From Candidatus Hadarchaeales archaeon (GTDB lineage Archaea; Hadarchaeota; Hadarchaeia; Hadarchaeales; JAWBSP01): 60,240 nucleotides of DNA. The DNA lies in assembly GCA_038842485.1 (NCBI GenBank), contig JAWBSP010000003.1, positions 1 to 60,240 on the forward strand, read 5' to 3'. Below the pieces are notes generated by a model. That model was not told the origin of the DNA, did not search any database, and saw nothing but the letters and a program-made list of their open reading frames with translations. Shown here one piece after another: positions 7,913 to 19,293 of this stretch (positions within the stretch are counted from its first letter, which is position 1; the number at the start of each line of letters is the position of its first letter). The translations under genes were made by a program, and so were the position numbers.

Positions 7913-8325
7913 TCAAGCCTCCTGGGTTTGAGCCCTACCTCCTTGAAAGCCCTCAAAACCGCCTCGAGCAAATGGGCGGCGGTTGGGGAGTAGAAGAGGT
8001 GGCTGACGCATCCGCAGTCGCTGCATCCGAACCCCTCGACGCAGGAGAGCTCGGAGGAGAGCTTCCGGGCCACTTCGCACTCCTTCCCCTTTTCCCCCTC
8101 GGCCGCCAAGATGTCATACGGGGCCGCCCTAAGGAGGAGGTAGTCGATGTGCCAGTGAAGTTTCTTCTCAGCGCTCAGGTGCCTCCCAACCCTCTTCTCC
8201 ACCCCTCCGAGCGCCGAGCCCACGTAAGCGTAGTTTCCAGCCCTGAACTCGACCTCCCCCAGACCCCCGATGAGCGTCGAGAGAGTATAAGGGACGCGGA
8301 GAAAAAGGACGTAAATCCCCCTCAT
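7897..8325 (-). CDS. GIY-YIG/Uri superfamily nuclease (DUF123)
   Basis: GIYVL...YAYVGSA, HWHIDYLL, GFGCSDCGCVSHLF. Confidence 0.85.
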   Translation of the reverse strand: MRGIYVLFLRVPYTLSTLIGGLGEVEFRAGNYAYVGSALGGVEKRVGRHLSAEKKLHWHIDYLLLRAAPYDILAAEGEKGKECEVARKLSSELSCVEGFGCSDCGCVSHLFYSPTAAHLLEAVLRAFKEVGLKPRRLEWGGG

Positions 8326-8355
8326 CAGCAAAATGCACCGGAAGGAATAACCGAG

Positions 8356-10791
8356 CTACTCGAGGTCGATGTCCAGGCCCAGCTTTTCAGCCAGTTCCTT
8401 GTAACGGTTGCGGACGGTTACCTCGGTCACCCTAGCCACGTTCGCTATCTCCCTCTGGGTTCTCCTTTCGTTGCAGAGAACCGTGGCGATGTACAGGGCG
8501 GCTGCGGCAACACCGGTAGGTCCCCTTCCCGAGGTCAGGCCGTAGGGGGCCGACTTCTTGAGAATCTCTATCGCCTTCGCCTCCACTTCCCCAGAAAGGC
8601 CGAGCTCAGAAGCGAACCTGGGGATGTAGTCGATCGGGCTACTGGAGGGGGTCTTCATGAGCTGGCGGATGATGAATCTGTAGCTCCTCCCGATCTCCTT
8701 CTTGCTCACCCTCGAAACCTCGGCTATCTCGTCTAGCGTCCTGGGGATCCTGCACTGCCTGCAGGCGGCGTACAGGGCGGCCGCGGCAACCCCCTCGATG
8801 GACCTGCCCCTTATCAGGCGCTCCTCCACCGCCTTCCTGTAGATGTAGGAAGCCGCCTCCTTCACGTCGTTGGGGAGCGAGAGGTGGGCGACCATCCGCT
8901 CTATCTCCCCTAGCGCGAAGGTGAGGTTCCTGTCCACCGCGTCCCCTATCCTGATCCTGCGCTGCCACTTGCGGAGCCTGTAAATCTGAGCCCTCCGTCC
9001 AGCCGTCAGCTCCTTCCCGTAGGAGTCCTTGTCCCTCCAGTCGATCATGGTTGAGAGACCTTTATCGTGGATCGAGTTGTGAGCGAAGATTCCTCCCAAA
9101 CCGCAAAGGAAGTTCTCACACCCCGGAACTGACAGATCGTATGCGTAACGAGAGGTGGGCTGGACCCTTCTAATTTTCTTCACGCGGAGGAAGGCGAGTT
9201 CGCTTTCTGCAAGTTTTTGAAGCTTCTCATCGGATACCCTTCTGGCAATTGCCAGAGCAAGTTCCCGGCTTATCCTCTTTCTGGCCCGAGATTTCCAGAA
9301 TCTCTTATACTTCTCAGGTGCTGGTATCAAATCCTCCAAAGCTCCTTTCCTTTTGCGCTTCTGTAGTGGGGCTACAAAGCCCAACTTTGATAATGTATCA
9401 GGATTGGTAAGACGCATCCCTGTGACTCTCGTCGGACCTATCAATTGCCCCGTCTTCATCCTTCGAGCTTGTATCTCCTCCTCCCAATAACTTGGCAGTA
9501 CACCGAGCTGTAAACAAAGGATCATCAGGTCGTGGGTAAGCTCGCGGTTGACCGAGACCGTCTGCACTTGTGTAAGGGGTCTCCAGTCTGGTTTTTCCTC
9601 TGGCTTGGAGTAGATGCATCCATCTCCCGCAACATACGCTCGCAGAAACTCAAGCTTTTGCTCGAATGGAAGGGAATACATAATCGGAGGCACCCGCTTG
9701 TTGGCCGCATGCTTCCCTGCCCTCAGAACTTCTCCTATGAGCAGGGCCAGAAGCCTGCTTCTCGCCTCTATTTGTATTTCCCTCTCGCCCCACTGAACCG
9801 TCGGGGTAACACCGAACTTTGATTCGAGAATACTTATGACATCATTTGCAAGTTCCTCCTCTTGGGGACCAAAAGAAAACCCCACCCCTGAATAGTCTGA
9901 TCGAACATGCCCTTCGCTAACATAGTAACCCAACAGTCTGCATAAATCCCTGTCTACATCTATCTTGGACGGGATACTCCATCCGCCCGAGATCGACAGT
10001 TTCGATCCTGCCAGGCGCCCGTCGAATTCAAGCGCGAGCCACAAGGGCAAAGTCTTATGTCGCTTCCAGTTCTTTACCTTTCTTTTACCCAACTTGCATG
10101 CCAATTCCTCAAAAACTTCCTCTGGGATCGGGCGAACATAAATTTTCCTCCTGAGTTCAGCTGGAAGCTTCCCGAACTCCTCTAACACATTCAGCCTCGG
10201 TGCAGCCTCCAAACTAGGAAGCCTACGGGGAACAACAATGAAGTCCCCAGGCCGGAGAGAGTCCACTTGAACAGGAACAACCTCCTCGTCCTTCACTGTA
10301 AATAGGCTGTGTGCCCCCGTCACTTTTATTTTCCTTCCGGTCTCCAGCTCCACCTCGTAGAGCGGCTCAAAGAGTTCGTGCCTAGAAACCTCACTTATAG
10401 GCATAAAACATACTCGATAATTTTCATCGAACGCGATGGTTCTGTATCCATCAATCCTGGCAATCTCAACGTTGCCGATTCGCTGTGCCCCTTTTTCTTC
10501 GATTATGGAATCAACAAATTCTCCAATTTTAAGGATCTGAATCCTACCGTCCTTCTCGATGAGTATAGGTTCCGAATGATCAACACTAAGTGTCATGGGT
10601 GCTCCAGTCCTCCCCTTGGTCTTGTCCCTGCCCATCATCCTCCAGTCCGGCCCGGCATCCAGAAGCCTGTCCGTAATCACGTACCCGCACGCCCCGCATA
10701 TCACCTCCGCGTGCTCATAGTCCCTGATGAGCCTAGTTCCACCACATTTGGGGCAGGAAACCTCCTCCCCGGCCTCGGGTGCGCCTCGCAT
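8356..10791 (-). CDS. tfb: Transcription initiation factor IIB (TFB), intein-containing
   Basis: Zn ribbon CPKCG...CGACG, GAPMT..HDKGLST, cyclin repeats RGRSIEG and GRGPTG; 811 aa precursor, ~307 aa after splicing. Confidence 0.95.
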   Translation of the reverse strand: MRGAPEAGEEVSCPKCGGTRLIRDYEHAEVICGACGYVITDRLLDAGPDWRMMGRDKTKGRTGAPMTLSVDHSEPILIEKDGRIQILKIGEFVDSIIEEKGAQRIGNVEIARIDGYRTIAFDENYRVCFMPISEVSRHELFEPLYEVELETGRKIKVTGAHSLFTVKDEEVVPVQVDSLRPGDFIVVPRRLPSLEAAPRLNVLEEFGKLPAELRRKIYVRPIPEEVFEELACKLGKRKVKNWKRHKTLPLWLALEFDGRLAGSKLSISGGWSIPSKIDVDRDLCRLLGYYVSEGHVRSDYSGVGFSFGPQEEELANDVISILESKFGVTPTVQWGEREIQIEARSRLLALLIGEVLRAGKHAANKRVPPIMYSLPFEQKLEFLRAYVAGDGCIYSKPEEKPDWRPLTQVQTVSVNRELTHDLMILCLQLGVLPSYWEEEIQARRMKTGQLIGPTRVTGMRLTNPDTLSKLGFVAPLQKRKRKGALEDLIPAPEKYKRFWKSRARKRISRELALAIARRVSDEKLQKLAESELAFLRVKKIRRVQPTSRYAYDLSVPGCENFLCGLGGIFAHNSIHDKGLSTMIDWRDKDSYGKELTAGRRAQIYRLRKWQRRIRIGDAVDRNLTFALGEIERMVAHLSLPNDVKEAASYIYRKAVEERLIRGRSIEGVAAAALYAACRQCRIPRTLDEIAEVSRVSKKEIGRSYRFIIRQLMKTPSSSPIDYIPRFASELGLSGEVEAKAIEILKKSAPYGLTSGRGPTGVAAAALYIATVLCNERRTQREIANVARVTEVTVRNRYKELAEKLGLDIDLE
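9076..10587 (-). mobile_element. Intein with LAGLIDADG homing endonuclease (504 aa) in TFB
   Basis: Begins SVDHSEPI, block [19 protein letters not shown] and [11 protein letters not shown] motifs, ends YDLSV...IFAHN followed by Ser(+1). Confidence 0.95.
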
Positions 10792-10816
10792 AGCCGACTT
10801 CTCTCCTACCACAAAG

Positions 10817-10830
10817 CTTAAAAACTTTTC
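10817..10830 (-). promoter_or_regulatory. BRE/TATA promoter of tfb
   Basis: GAAAAG-TTTTTAAG on the minus strand, ~26-39 nt upstream of ATG 10791. Confidence 0.55.
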
Positions 10831-10865
10831 TATTCGACAATAAACGAATTTTTGTAGGTAGGTAT

Positions 10866-12158
10866 CTAATAAACCGCCTCGCTGGCCTCCATCATCCACC
10901 GCCACACCGGTTTATACACGATCCTTCTTCCCCGCTCGGTCTCCTCCCCCTGCCTGTCAAAGGTCAAGATAAGCCCCTCCCTCAACTTGAATTCCCTCAT
11001 CGCCAACAGCAGGGATTCGACCTCCCTCTTTTCGGCTTCTGGCGTGAACTCCCAGCATACTTGGATGAGGTGCTTTACCCTAGCTCCCTCCTTAATGACG
11101 AAATCCACCTCCCTCCCCCTGTGGTCCTTCCAGTAGAAGATTTCCCAGCTGCCCTTCCAGTAGTCCCTCCTCCTCATGAGTTCCACGGCTACCGCATTTT
11201 CCGTCAGCCTTCCCCAGTTTTCCGATATTCTGAACCCTGCGGCGTTCGAAAGCCCCGTGTCGATCGAGAAAACCTTCTTGGGGGCAAGGATCGATTCCCT
11301 GAGCTTGGGCGAGAACCTCTCAAGCTTGAAGATGAGATAGGAATTCTCGAGAAACGATATCCAGTCCGAGACGGTGTTCGCACTTCCGAGCGAGAGCATC
11401 CGCTTCAACCTATTGTAGGTTATCTCTGCGGATGGGTTCGAAATAAGATACTTGGCGAGTTCCTTCAGCTTCGAGGGGTGTTTTACCCTGTACCTCTGAA
11501 TCACGTCCCTCTCCACGATGTCCCTGAAGTTTTCCAACAGGAAGAGCCTACCCAGCCTGAAAACGGGTGGGAACCCACCAGTTTCAAGGTACTCCCTCCA
11601 GAGTGTTTTTATCAGTGCCATTCCTCTTGTCGAATAGAACTCCCCTTTTTCCATCTTCACGCCCCTGTATCGGAGGAATTCCCTGAAGCTGAAGGGATAG
11701 AGAGCAAAGTCGAAATGCCTCCCGGTGAGGTGGGTCGCGAGTTCCCTGCTCATCAGCTTGGCGTTGCTTCCGGTGAGCAGCACTTTTCTGGCCGGCACAA
11801 TTCTGCCGATGAACCTTTCCCACCCCGGAACGTTCTGTATCTCATCGAAAACCAGCGTATCCACCTCTCCCTTCAAGGAGTAAATGGCCTCAAGAACCTT
11901 GTTCAGCTCCCCCGCCTCCATTGCGAGCCTCTCATCCTCGAAGTTCACGTAACCGAAGTTCCCCTTCTGGGCTAGCTGAAAGGCAAGCACAGATTTTCCG
12001 CACCTCCTCACCCCCGTGATGATGTTCGCCACACCGGTTGCAACGTGTTTTAGAATCTCCCGGTTCTCCCTCTCCACGATGTTCTCCGATGAGAAGATCC
12101 TCTTCATCTCCTCTTCCCTGTCCACTATCGCGGATTTGATTTCCTCGACCGAGACCAT
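10866..12158 (-). CDS. AAA+ ATPase with DUF4143 domain
   Basis: [44 protein letters not shown]. Confidence 0.9.
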   Translation of the reverse strand: MVSVEEIKSAIVDREEEMKRIFSSENIVERENREILKHVATGVANIITGVRRCGKSVLAFQLAQKGNFGYVNFEDERLAMEAGELNKVLEAIYSLKGEVDTLVFDEIQNVPGWERFIGRIVPARKVLLTGSNAKLMSRELATHLTGRHFDFALYPFSFREFLRYRGVKMEKGEFYSTRGMALIKTLWREYLETGGFPPVFRLGRLFLLENFRDIVERDVIQRYRVKHPSKLKELAKYLISNPSAEITYNRLKRMLSLGSANTVSDWISFLENSYLIFKLERFSPKLRESILAPKKVFSIDTGLSNAAGFRISENWGRLTENAVAVELMRRRDYWKGSWEIFYWKDHRGREVDFVIKEGARVKHLIQVCWEFTPEAEKREVESLLLAMREFKLREGLILTFDRQGEETERGRRIVYKPVWRWMMEASEAVY

Positions 12159-12210
12159 CTTAACAGTAGTAGTATTAAGTTTTTAAAAATCTTTGCAGTG
12201 ACAGTGAAAA

Positions 12211-12286
<76 letters not shown>

Positions 12287-12310
<24 letters not shown>

Positions 12311-13720
12311 CGTTTTACTTTTTCCTCTCCCTTTTTTGCCGTAACCTCGCCGGTACCAAGGAAGGCACTTGGTGTAATAGTCCGAGAGGAAGAGGGAGAG
12401 GTGCTCATTCGAGAGAGCTCCTACCACCTCCGGCCCTCTAAGAAGTTGGTACCCCTGCTGAATGGCCTCCCCCACCTGCTTGCCCAGCAGGTTTTTTTCC
12501 CGAAGGACTTTCCTGATCACCTGCTCAGGGGTAGGCCTCCTGCTCTTGAGTTCAAATACCATCCTCCCCTCCTGGTCTATCAGAGGTCCGGCGAGCTTGA
12601 GGGGCGAGTTGAGGTAGGAGCGAATGAAGTTTTCGGCATCAACTTCCAGCGGGGGACCCTCCCTCACCTCGATCCCCTGCGGGGAGGGTTGAACCTCAAT
12701 CAGGATGGCTCCAACCCCTTCCCCCCAAACATCGCTCCGCACCACCCTGTGGCCAGCGTCGGTGAGCGAACCGGTGAGCGCTCGCTCGGTTCTCCTCAGC
12801 TGTGGGTAGAGAACGTCCGGAACCAAATCCGGGAGCCCAAAAATCACCAAGTACGTGTCCGTCCCCCTCTCCCTCAAAATTTTCCCCAGCTCCCTCCTGC
12901 TGAGCCTCCTCACTTCCTCTGGGAAGAAGAATTCCTCGCGTGGGTGCCTGAGGAAATCCTGACATGCCCGAACAAAAGTGGAGAAGGCTTGAACCGAAAC
13001 CGAGGCCGCAACATTCCTGCCTGGATCGACCGGGTCCACCACCACCAGTGGCTGACCCTCGAAAATCCTCCTCGCTTCCTCCTCGCTGTGGTAGTGCCCC
13101 CCGAGATCTAGGACCCTCCCGCGCCTCCAACCAGCAGCCTCACGAACTAGGGCCTCGAAAGAGCCGGCGTGCAGGATGAGAAGCTCACAGAGGTAGCCGG
13201 AGAACCCGTGAACCCTCAGCTCCGCACCGTACACTCCTATCCCCCTCATGAACTGTTTGAGCAGGAGAACCTGATCACGGAGGGCTGGTGTGAGACGTTC
13301 CGAAATGTACCTCTGGTGGTGGGGTGTGCGATCGACGGCGCTCTTTATCCTCCTCGGATCCTGGATTTTGTAGCAGGGTACCAGATCGACCTCAAACCCC
13401 TCAAACTCGAAACTGACGTAGGGATGCTCCGCGTATCTCTCTCTCCCCCTTCCTTCCGCCACCTCCCTCCCTATCCTGAGCCCCAGCTCCTCAAGCCTCT
13501 CCCTTGACAGGTCCTCGGGGAAGAGGATGAAGATGTCAATATCCCTTTCCTCCCTCAGCCACGTCCCCCTGGCTGCTGAACCCACCAGCATCGGCTCCCC
13601 CACCCCCTCCCTTTCGCAGACCTCCCTCGTTTTCCGCAACAGTTTTTGAACCACACCCTCCAGCCTCCTTCTCTCCTCCTCGCTCGGCCTGATCCGCTCC
13701 AGCACGGAATTCAGATCCAT
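12287..13720 (-). CDS. cca: Archaeal (class I) CCA-adding enzyme
   Basis: VGSAARGTWL...DIDIF, YAEHPY, SAVDRTPHH, GFSGYLCELL, DPVDPGRNVA. Confidence 0.96.
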
Positions 13721-14862
13721 TCCTCCCTCACCCCCTCTCCTATCCCCGAGACCCAGCCCTCTTTGGCCCCCTCAGCCTTGGCCTCCTCCACCACCCTTCT
13801 CCCCACCTCCTCATTCTCGACCAGGGCTATCAGGCTCCCACCCATTCCCGCCCCAGAAAGCTTCACCCCGAGGGCCCCGGCCTGAAGGCACGCCTCCCTC
13901 AGCCGCTCGAGCTGGGGGAGGCTGACCTCGTACAGATCCCTCAGCAGGGCGTGCTGCTCGTTCATGAGCTCCCCAAGCAGTTCTAGGCTGCTCAACTGCT
14001 TTCCCCTGGGCCCAAAGTGCGAAACGATTTCCTCCTCACGCAACTTCTCGCCCCTAAGGATTTTCAACCCGAGCTCCGTAGAGCGCTGCTCCCTCAGGGT
14101 GAAAAGTAGGCGCATCCTCGGCTTCGGAGGCAGGTCTGCCAGATAGGGTTCCAGCTCCTCCTCCCTCAGCTCCTCCCACCTCACGGTGTCGAAGGTTTTC
14201 CCTCCGGGGAGCGGCACGGGAAGCAGCTCCAGGGCCTGGTTGAGCTCCGCCTGCCTGAGGGGATGTATCTCAGCGGTCGAGTGCCTGATGCCGGAGTCCA
14301 CGATGGCAAAGACGAGATCCCTCCTGCTGAGCTCCTCCACCCTGAACGGGGGCCTGCACTCAAGCTTTATGATCCCGCCAAAGGAGCAGCCGTACTGATC
14401 TAGCCTTCCACAGGGCACGCCAACCTCCTTCGTCTCGGCCTCGAACGCCAGCTCTGCGATTTCCCTCTTGCCCAGCCCCAGCCCATAGGTGCAGTCGAGA
14501 AGCTTCAGGAAGGAAACCTCGAGGGCGGCCGAGCTGGAGAGCCCCGAACCCACCGGAACCTCGCTCTTCACGGTGACCTGCATCCCTCCAAACCTGTACC
14601 CTTTCTTGAGTAGCACGTTCACCACCCCCCTGAAGTAGTTGCCGAACCATCCTGGCTCCATCGGGTTCACCCTCACCTCAAAACAGTCCACCGATTCCTC
14701 CCCCATCTCCTCTAGGTTGAGGGAATGGATCCTGAATTCGCGCGAGGGTTCCCCCCAGCAGCGGGTCCTCAGGTTCAGCGCCGCAGGAACCACCGGGAGC
14801 CCCTTGTAGTCCTGGTGAGTGTTGAGGAAGTCCGCTCTCCCGGGTGCGGAGCAGGCCCTCAC
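13711..14862 (-). CDS. GHMP-family sugar kinase (galactokinase-like)
   Basis: APGRADFLNTHQDY, PVGSGLSSSAA, CGRLDQY, KLSGAGMGG. Confidence 0.85.
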   Translation of the reverse strand: MRACSAPGRADFLNTHQDYKGLPVVPAALNLRTRCWGEPSREFRIHSLNLEEMGEESVDCFEVRVNPMEPGWFGNYFRGVVNVLLKKGYRFGGMQVTVKSEVPVGSGLSSSAALEVSFLKLLDCTYGLGLGKREIAELAFEAETKEVGVPCGRLDQYGCSFGGIIKLECRPPFRVEELSRRDLVFAIVDSGIRHSTAEIHPLRQAELNQALELLPVPLPGGKTFDTVRWEELREEELEPYLADLPPKPRMRLLFTLREQRSTELGLKILRGEKLREEEIVSHFGPRGKQLSSLELLGELMNEQHALLRDLYEVSLPQLERLREACLQAGALGVKLSGAGMGGSLIALVENEEVGRRVVEEAKAEGAKEGWVSGIGEGVREEWI

Positions 14863-14880
14863 CAGAAACTAGCCCTGCGG

Positions 14881-16158
14881 CTAAATTTCTATGAAGTAGA
14901 AGTTCCTCGAGTCGTACCCGAGCTCCTTGAAGCGCCCCGTTATCAGAACCCTGATGGAGTCCTTGAGCTGACAGACCCTCTTTTTCGGGCCTAGGATTGA
15001 CCTCTCGAAAATCGAAACGTTGTTGCCCACCACTGGCACCATATCTGGTGTGCCTCCCCCGAACTCGACCGGGAGGGACTGGTCTATCACCGTGCCCTCT
15101 CCTATGTTTGAGTACTCCCCCACGATGCAGCCGTTAAGCCTGACCTCCCTTCCAACATTCGTGAAATCCAGAACGACCGACCCGGATATGTGAGCACTGT
15201 ACCCGACATCCACACAGTCCCCCAAAAACGAACTCTCTATCACCGTGCCCTCCTCGAGCCTGCAGTCGGCCCCTATCTTTACGGGGGGCTTGAGGACGAT
15301 TCTCCCATGCTCCACCCTCCTCCTTATGGTCTCCCAGGTGGTCGGGTGAATCCACAACCCAGGTGCGACCTGCTCACCGAGCGAGAAGGGTTTTGCGGTT
15401 TGGTGGAGGAGCGCCTGGCACGAGCTCAGATAGGCAGCGGGAGACCCCACGTCGCACCAGTACCCGCTGAGCTGGAAACCAAAGACTGGGTACCCGTTCT
15501 TCACCAAGTAGGGGATCAGGTCGCCCCCTATGTCCCTCGCCTTATCCCCCATTTTCCGGAGAACCTCCCTCACCTCTGGGGAGAAGAGATAAATGGCAGT
15601 GTTCACGAAATTCGAAGGAGCCTCGCCAGGTTTAGGTTTCTCAACGAACCTCCTTATCCTGAAGTTCTCATCCACATCTGCCACCCCAAAGGGAGAGAGG
15701 TCGCCCTCGATCCTCTTCAGCGCCACGGTTGCAACGGCACCCTTCTCCTGATGGTATCGCACCATCTCCTCAAGCGACAACTCGAAAACGCTGTCTCCGG
15801 CCACCACCAGCACGTCCTTCCTTATGTCATACCTCTCCAAGTTGTGCCTCAAAGAGTCCGCACTCCCGGTGTCGGGATAGTTGTTTTGATACCTGAAGAC
15901 CGCTGGTGATTCGAGCTTCAGCCTGGAGGAGAAGCCCGCCCCGTCCTTGAAGTAATCCTTCAGCCTGCTGGAAATCTCCGCACCCTTCGCGGCCACTATA
16001 AACTCCTTGCAACCCTGCCGTGCCAAAGATTCGAATGTTCTGGCCACGATGGCCCTTCCCACTAGGTTGATAAGGCACTTGGGTCTATCGAGCGTCAAGG
16101 GATAGAGCCTAGTTCCCTCCCCCCCCACAGTGGCAATGGTAACTACATCCAAACCCAT
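14881..16158 (-). CDS. NDP-sugar pyrophosphorylase with hexapeptide-repeat C-terminus
   Basis: [25 protein letters not shown], left-handed beta-helix repeats. Confidence 0.88.
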   Translation of the reverse strand: MGLDVVTIATVGGEGTRLYPLTLDRPKCLINLVGRAIVARTFESLARQGCKEFIVAAKGAEISSRLKDYFKDGAGFSSRLKLESPAVFRYQNNYPDTGSADSLRHNLERYDIRKDVLVVAGDSVFELSLEEMVRYHQEKGAVATVALKRIEGDLSPFGVADVDENFRIRRFVEKPKPGEAPSNFVNTAIYLFSPEVREVLRKMGDKARDIGGDLIPYLVKNGYPVFGFQLSGYWCDVGSPAAYLSSCQALLHQTAKPFSLGEQVAPGLWIHPTTWETIRRRVEHGRIVLKPPVKIGADCRLEEGTVIESSFLGDCVDVGYSAHISGSVVLDFTNVGREVRLNGCIVGEYSNIGEGTVIDQSLPVEFGGGTPDMVPVVGNNVSIFERSILGPKKRVCQLKDSIRVLITGRFKELGYDSRNFYFIEI

Positions 16159-16205
16159 CAAAAATTTTGCTTTCTGGTCATAAAGTCCTGTTCTCTCAGA
16201 TTAAG

Positions 16206-17207
16206 ATGACGGTCAGCATCGTGGCGGGAGGGCAGTGGGGTGACGAGGGCAAGGGTAAAATTGTTGCCTACCTTTCCCTCAAAGACCGTCCCGGAGCGGT
16301 CGCCAGGGCGGGAGTCGGGCCCAACGCGGGACACACCGTGCACCATGAGGGGAGGAGATATGGACTCAGGCAGGTGCCCTGTGGTTTCGTCAACAAGAAT
16401 TGCAGGCTATTGCTTGGACCCGGGATGCTGGTGGACCCGGGCGTGTTGCTCAGGGAGGTGGAGGAGACCGGTTGTAGGGAGAGACTAGGGGTGGACAGGA
16501 AATGTTCCATCATCGAGCCCCGCCACATCGAGGAAGACCTAGAAAGCGGTGGGAGAATTGGAACCACTGGAACGGGCTGCGGGCCGGCAAATGTAGCAAG
16601 GATCAAAAGGGAGGCTAAGCTGGCTGGAGAGGTGCCTGAGCTCCAGCCCTTCTTAACCGATGTGCCCCTAGAACTCCACGAGTTTATCGAGAAGGGGGAG
16701 GATATTTTGGTGGAAGGGTCGCAGGGGTTCGGGCTTTCCCTATTTCACGGGACGTATCCCTTCGTCACCAGCAAGGACACCACAGCCAGCACCCTTGCGG
16801 CGGATGTTGGGCTGGGACCAACGGAGGTGGACGAGGTAATCTTGGTCTTCAAGAGCTACCCCACGCGTGTGGGCTTGGGTCCCTTCCCCACGGAGATCCC
16901 GGAGGAGGAGGCTGAGAAGATGGGAATTGTGGAGTACGGAACCGTCACGGGAAGAAGGAGGAGAGTGGGAAGATTCGATTTCGAAATGGCAAGAAGAGCC
17001 GCCATGATAAACGGCGCCACCCAGCTCGTTCTCACCTGCTTGGACAGGCTCTTCAAATTCGGCCCAGTACAAAGGTTCGAGGACCTCCCCCCACAGGCGA
17101 AAAAGTTCGTGGAGGAGGTGGAGGAGAAGGTGGGGGTTCCCGTCACCCTCATCTCCACTGGTCCAGAAATCGAACACATCATCGACCTGAGGGCGGAAAA
17201 ACTCTGA
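16206..17207 (+). CDS. purA: Adenylosuccinate synthetase (short archaeal form)
   Basis: [45 protein letters not shown]. Confidence 0.97.
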   Translation: MTVSIVAGGQWGDEGKGKIVAYLSLKDRPGAVARAGVGPNAGHTVHHEGRRYGLRQVPCGFVNKNCRLLLGPGMLVDPGVLLREVEETGCRERLGVDRKCSIIEPRHIEEDLESGGRIGTTGTGCGPANVARIKREAKLAGEVPELQPFLTDVPLELHEFIEKGEDILVEGSQGFGLSLFHGTYPFVTSKDTTASTLAADVGLGPTEVDEVILVFKSYPTRVGLGPFPTEIPEEEAEKMGIVEYGTVTGRRRRVGRFDFEMARRAAMINGATQLVLTCLDRLFKFGPVQRFEDLPPQAKKFVEEVEEKVGVPVTLISTGPEIEHIIDLRAEKL

Positions 17208-17743
17208 TCGTCGCGGTCACAGGCACGCCGGGGGTTGGTAAGTCGACCTTCGCCCGCCTCCTCGCTAAAAAAATGAACGCTAAACTCGTGAGGCTCGATC
17301 GGTGGGTGAGAGAAAGGGGAATCGGGGGGCCCGCCGAGGATGGGGTCTGGGAGGTGGACCCGAAGCAGATGGCGCGCGAGTTTTCTAAGGTTGCTTGGGG
17401 GGATGCGGTGGTGGAAGGATCCCTCTCCCATTACCTTCCCAGCAAACTTCTCTCCGCGGTGGTGGTGCTCAGGCTCCACCCCAGACTGCTGGAAAAGAGG
17501 CTACGCAGAAGGGGCTATGACCGAGAGAAGATTCGCCAAAATGTTGAGGCGGAGGCCATCGATCTCATCCTCGTGGAAAGCCTAGAGAGACATGGGGACC
17601 TGGTTTACCAACTCGATCTCACGGGGAAGAGGGTGGAGGAGGCGGTGGAGAAATTCCTGCGAGCCTTTAGGAGAGGGAAAAGGGTGATGGAAAGAGTGGA
17701 TTGGCTGGAAACCTTATTTAGGGGTGGGGAGAGAGTAGGCTAA
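17204..17743 (+). CDS. Archaeal adenylate kinase (AK6/Fap7 family); probable CTG start
   Basis: In-frame [15 protein letters not shown]-loop at 17207-17248 lies upstream of the first ATG (17273); EGSLSH, LRRRGY...KIRQNVEAE. Confidence 0.85.
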   Translation: MIVAVTGTPGVGKSTFARLLAKKMNAKLVRLDRWVRERGIGGPAEDGVWEVDPKQMAREFSKVAWGDAVVEGSLSHYLPSKLLSAVVVLRLHPRLLEKRLRRRGYDREKIRQNVEAEAIDLILVESLERHGDLVYQLDLTGKRVEEAVEKFLRAFRRGKRVMERVDWLETLFRGGERVG

Positions 17744-18618
17744 TGGGTTTCCTCTTTCGGACGTTCTGCCTGCTCTTCGGGCTTTCCCTTCTCTTCATGA
17801 TAGTTGGGGGGATCATCTCCGCGCTGACCGGCCTCAGCCTTTCCCTCACCCTCACGGCTGCCTTCCTCCTTGCCCTCCTTCTGAACTTTTTCTCCTTCTG
17901 GTTCTCAGACCGCTGGGTTCTGAAACTCTACAGGGTGAGGATGGTGAGCGAGAGCGAACAACCCTCCCTCCACGGAATAGTTTCCAAGCTCGCCGAAAGG
18001 GCTGGCCTTCCCAAGCCTAAGGTGGGAATCGCCCCGTTACAAGTCCCAAACGCCTTCGCCACGGGGAGGAGCCCCAAGCACGCAGCGGTGGTGGTGACGG
18101 AGGGGGCCATGAGGCTCTTCAACGAGGAGGAACTGGAAGGAGTGCTGGGACACGAGCTCGCCCACGTGAGGAACAGGGACATGCTGATAGGGACGGCTGC
18201 GGCCATGTTGGCGGCGGCCATCTCGTACTTAGCCCTGATGGGGAGATTTCAACTCATGACAGGAAGGAGGAGAAACGGGGGGGATATACTTTACCTGCTC
18301 GTCCTCATGCTCGTTCCCATCGCGGCCCTCCTGATAAGACTAGCGGTTTCGAGAACCAGAGAGTACGGAGCGGACGAGGAGGGGGCTAGGCTCTGCGGGA
18401 AACCGGAGGCCCTGGCAAATGCCTTGAGAAAGCTCGAGCGCGCGGTCTCGGCCGTGCCCATGCAGAGCGGGAATCCCTCCACCTCCCACCTCTTCATTGT
18501 GAATCCCTTTAGGGGGGTTGGCCTATTCGAGCTTTTCTCCACCCACCCGCCTACCCAGAAAAGGGTGGAGAGGCTTCTCTCTCTCAGAAACCTAGCAACT
18601 GTGGTCCCACAAACCTGA
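17743..18618 (+). CDS. htpX: Zinc metalloprotease HtpX (M48)
   Basis: PNAFATGR, HELAHVRNRD, SRTREYGAD, LFSTHPP. Confidence 0.95.
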   Translation: MGFLFRTFCLLFGLSLLFMIVGGIISALTGLSLSLTLTAAFLLALLLNFFSFWFSDRWVLKLYRVRMVSESEQPSLHGIVSKLAERAGLPKPKVGIAPLQVPNAFATGRSPKHAAVVVTEGAMRLFNEEELEGVLGHELAHVRNRDMLIGTAAAMLAAAISYLALMGRFQLMTGRRRNGGDILYLLVLMLVPIAALLIRLAVSRTREYGADEEGARLCGKPEALANALRKLERAVSAVPMQSGNPSTSHLFIVNPFRGVGLFELFSTHPPTQKRVERLLSLRNLATVVPQT

Positions 18619-18757
18619 GCAGTACCTCAAACAGGATGAACCCGATGGTGAAGTACAGCACGAGCCTGGGGGATATCTTCACCCCCTCTCCCTCCTCCGA
18701 AAAATACCTTATCAGCCCCGCCCCAGCCGGGGGACCCCTCTCTTCCCTCCTTCTCAT
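18584..18757 (-). CDS. secG: Preprotein translocase subunit Sec61beta (57 aa, below the ORF-track cutoff)
   Basis: Manual translation MRRREERGPPAGAGLIRYFSEEGEGVKISPRLVLYFTIGFILFEVLLRFVGPQLLGF*: AGLIRYF motif plus one TM helix. Confidence 0.9.
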   Translation of the reverse strand: MRRREERGPPAGAGLIRYFSEEGEGVKISPRLVLYFTIGFILFEVLLRFVGPQLLGF

Positions 18758-18760
18758 CTC

Positions 18761-19270
18761 CTACTCACCTCCCGGTAAAAACTCCCTCTGAACCCTCACG
18801 ATTTCCCCGCTGTCCCGGCACCTGCTGTAGAGTTCGAGCAATTCTCCGTTCAGCTGGAAAAAGGTGTCCCCCCACTTGAACCCCTCCAGAAGTTTCCTAG
18901 CTGCCTGTTTCTTCCCGAGGAGGTAAAGGGCCGCCGCCAGGGCCTCCACAGTGCTCAAAAGGGTGGGCTTGCCGAAATTGGTTGGGTTGGAGGCTATCAA
19001 GTAGGGGAGGCATCTTCCAACCATCTTCCTCCTGAACCTAGACTCCCTGATGCGCTTCCAGGAGCAGTCCAGCGCCACCAAGCCTCTTTCCTCAGCCCGC
19101 GGAAGGTCCTCCCTCGAAAGTGCCTTCTCCGAAAAGGGGTCGAGGAGAACCGCACCTAGGGGTAGTTTCCCGGGCTCGGTGACGATCTCTACTCTTCCAA
19201 ACTTGTGGAGGCGTAGAGCGGTACACCGCTTGGGATCGCACTCACCGGTGTGGTAAACAAGCAACCTCAC
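18761..19270 (-). CDS. tsr3: 16S rRNA aminocarboxypropyltransferase Tsr3
   Basis: CDPKRCTA, ALDCSW, LIASNPTNFGKP..LSTVEALAA, FKWG. Confidence 0.93.
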   Translation of the reverse strand: MRLLVYHTGECDPKRCTALRLHKFGRVEIVTEPGKLPLGAVLLDPFSEKALSREDLPRAEERGLVALDCSWKRIRESRFRRKMVGRCLPYLIASNPTNFGKPTLLSTVEALAAALYLLGKKQAARKLLEGFKWGDTFFQLNGELLELYSRCRDSGEIVRVQREFLPGGE

Positions 19271-19293
19271 ATATTACTTCGTTTCAGTTCTAT

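Noticed and set aside
10792-10905. 38-aa N-terminal extension of TFB from the ORF track
   Set aside because: Overlaps the ATPase 3' end and a BRE/TATA; ATG 10791 gives a normal TFB start
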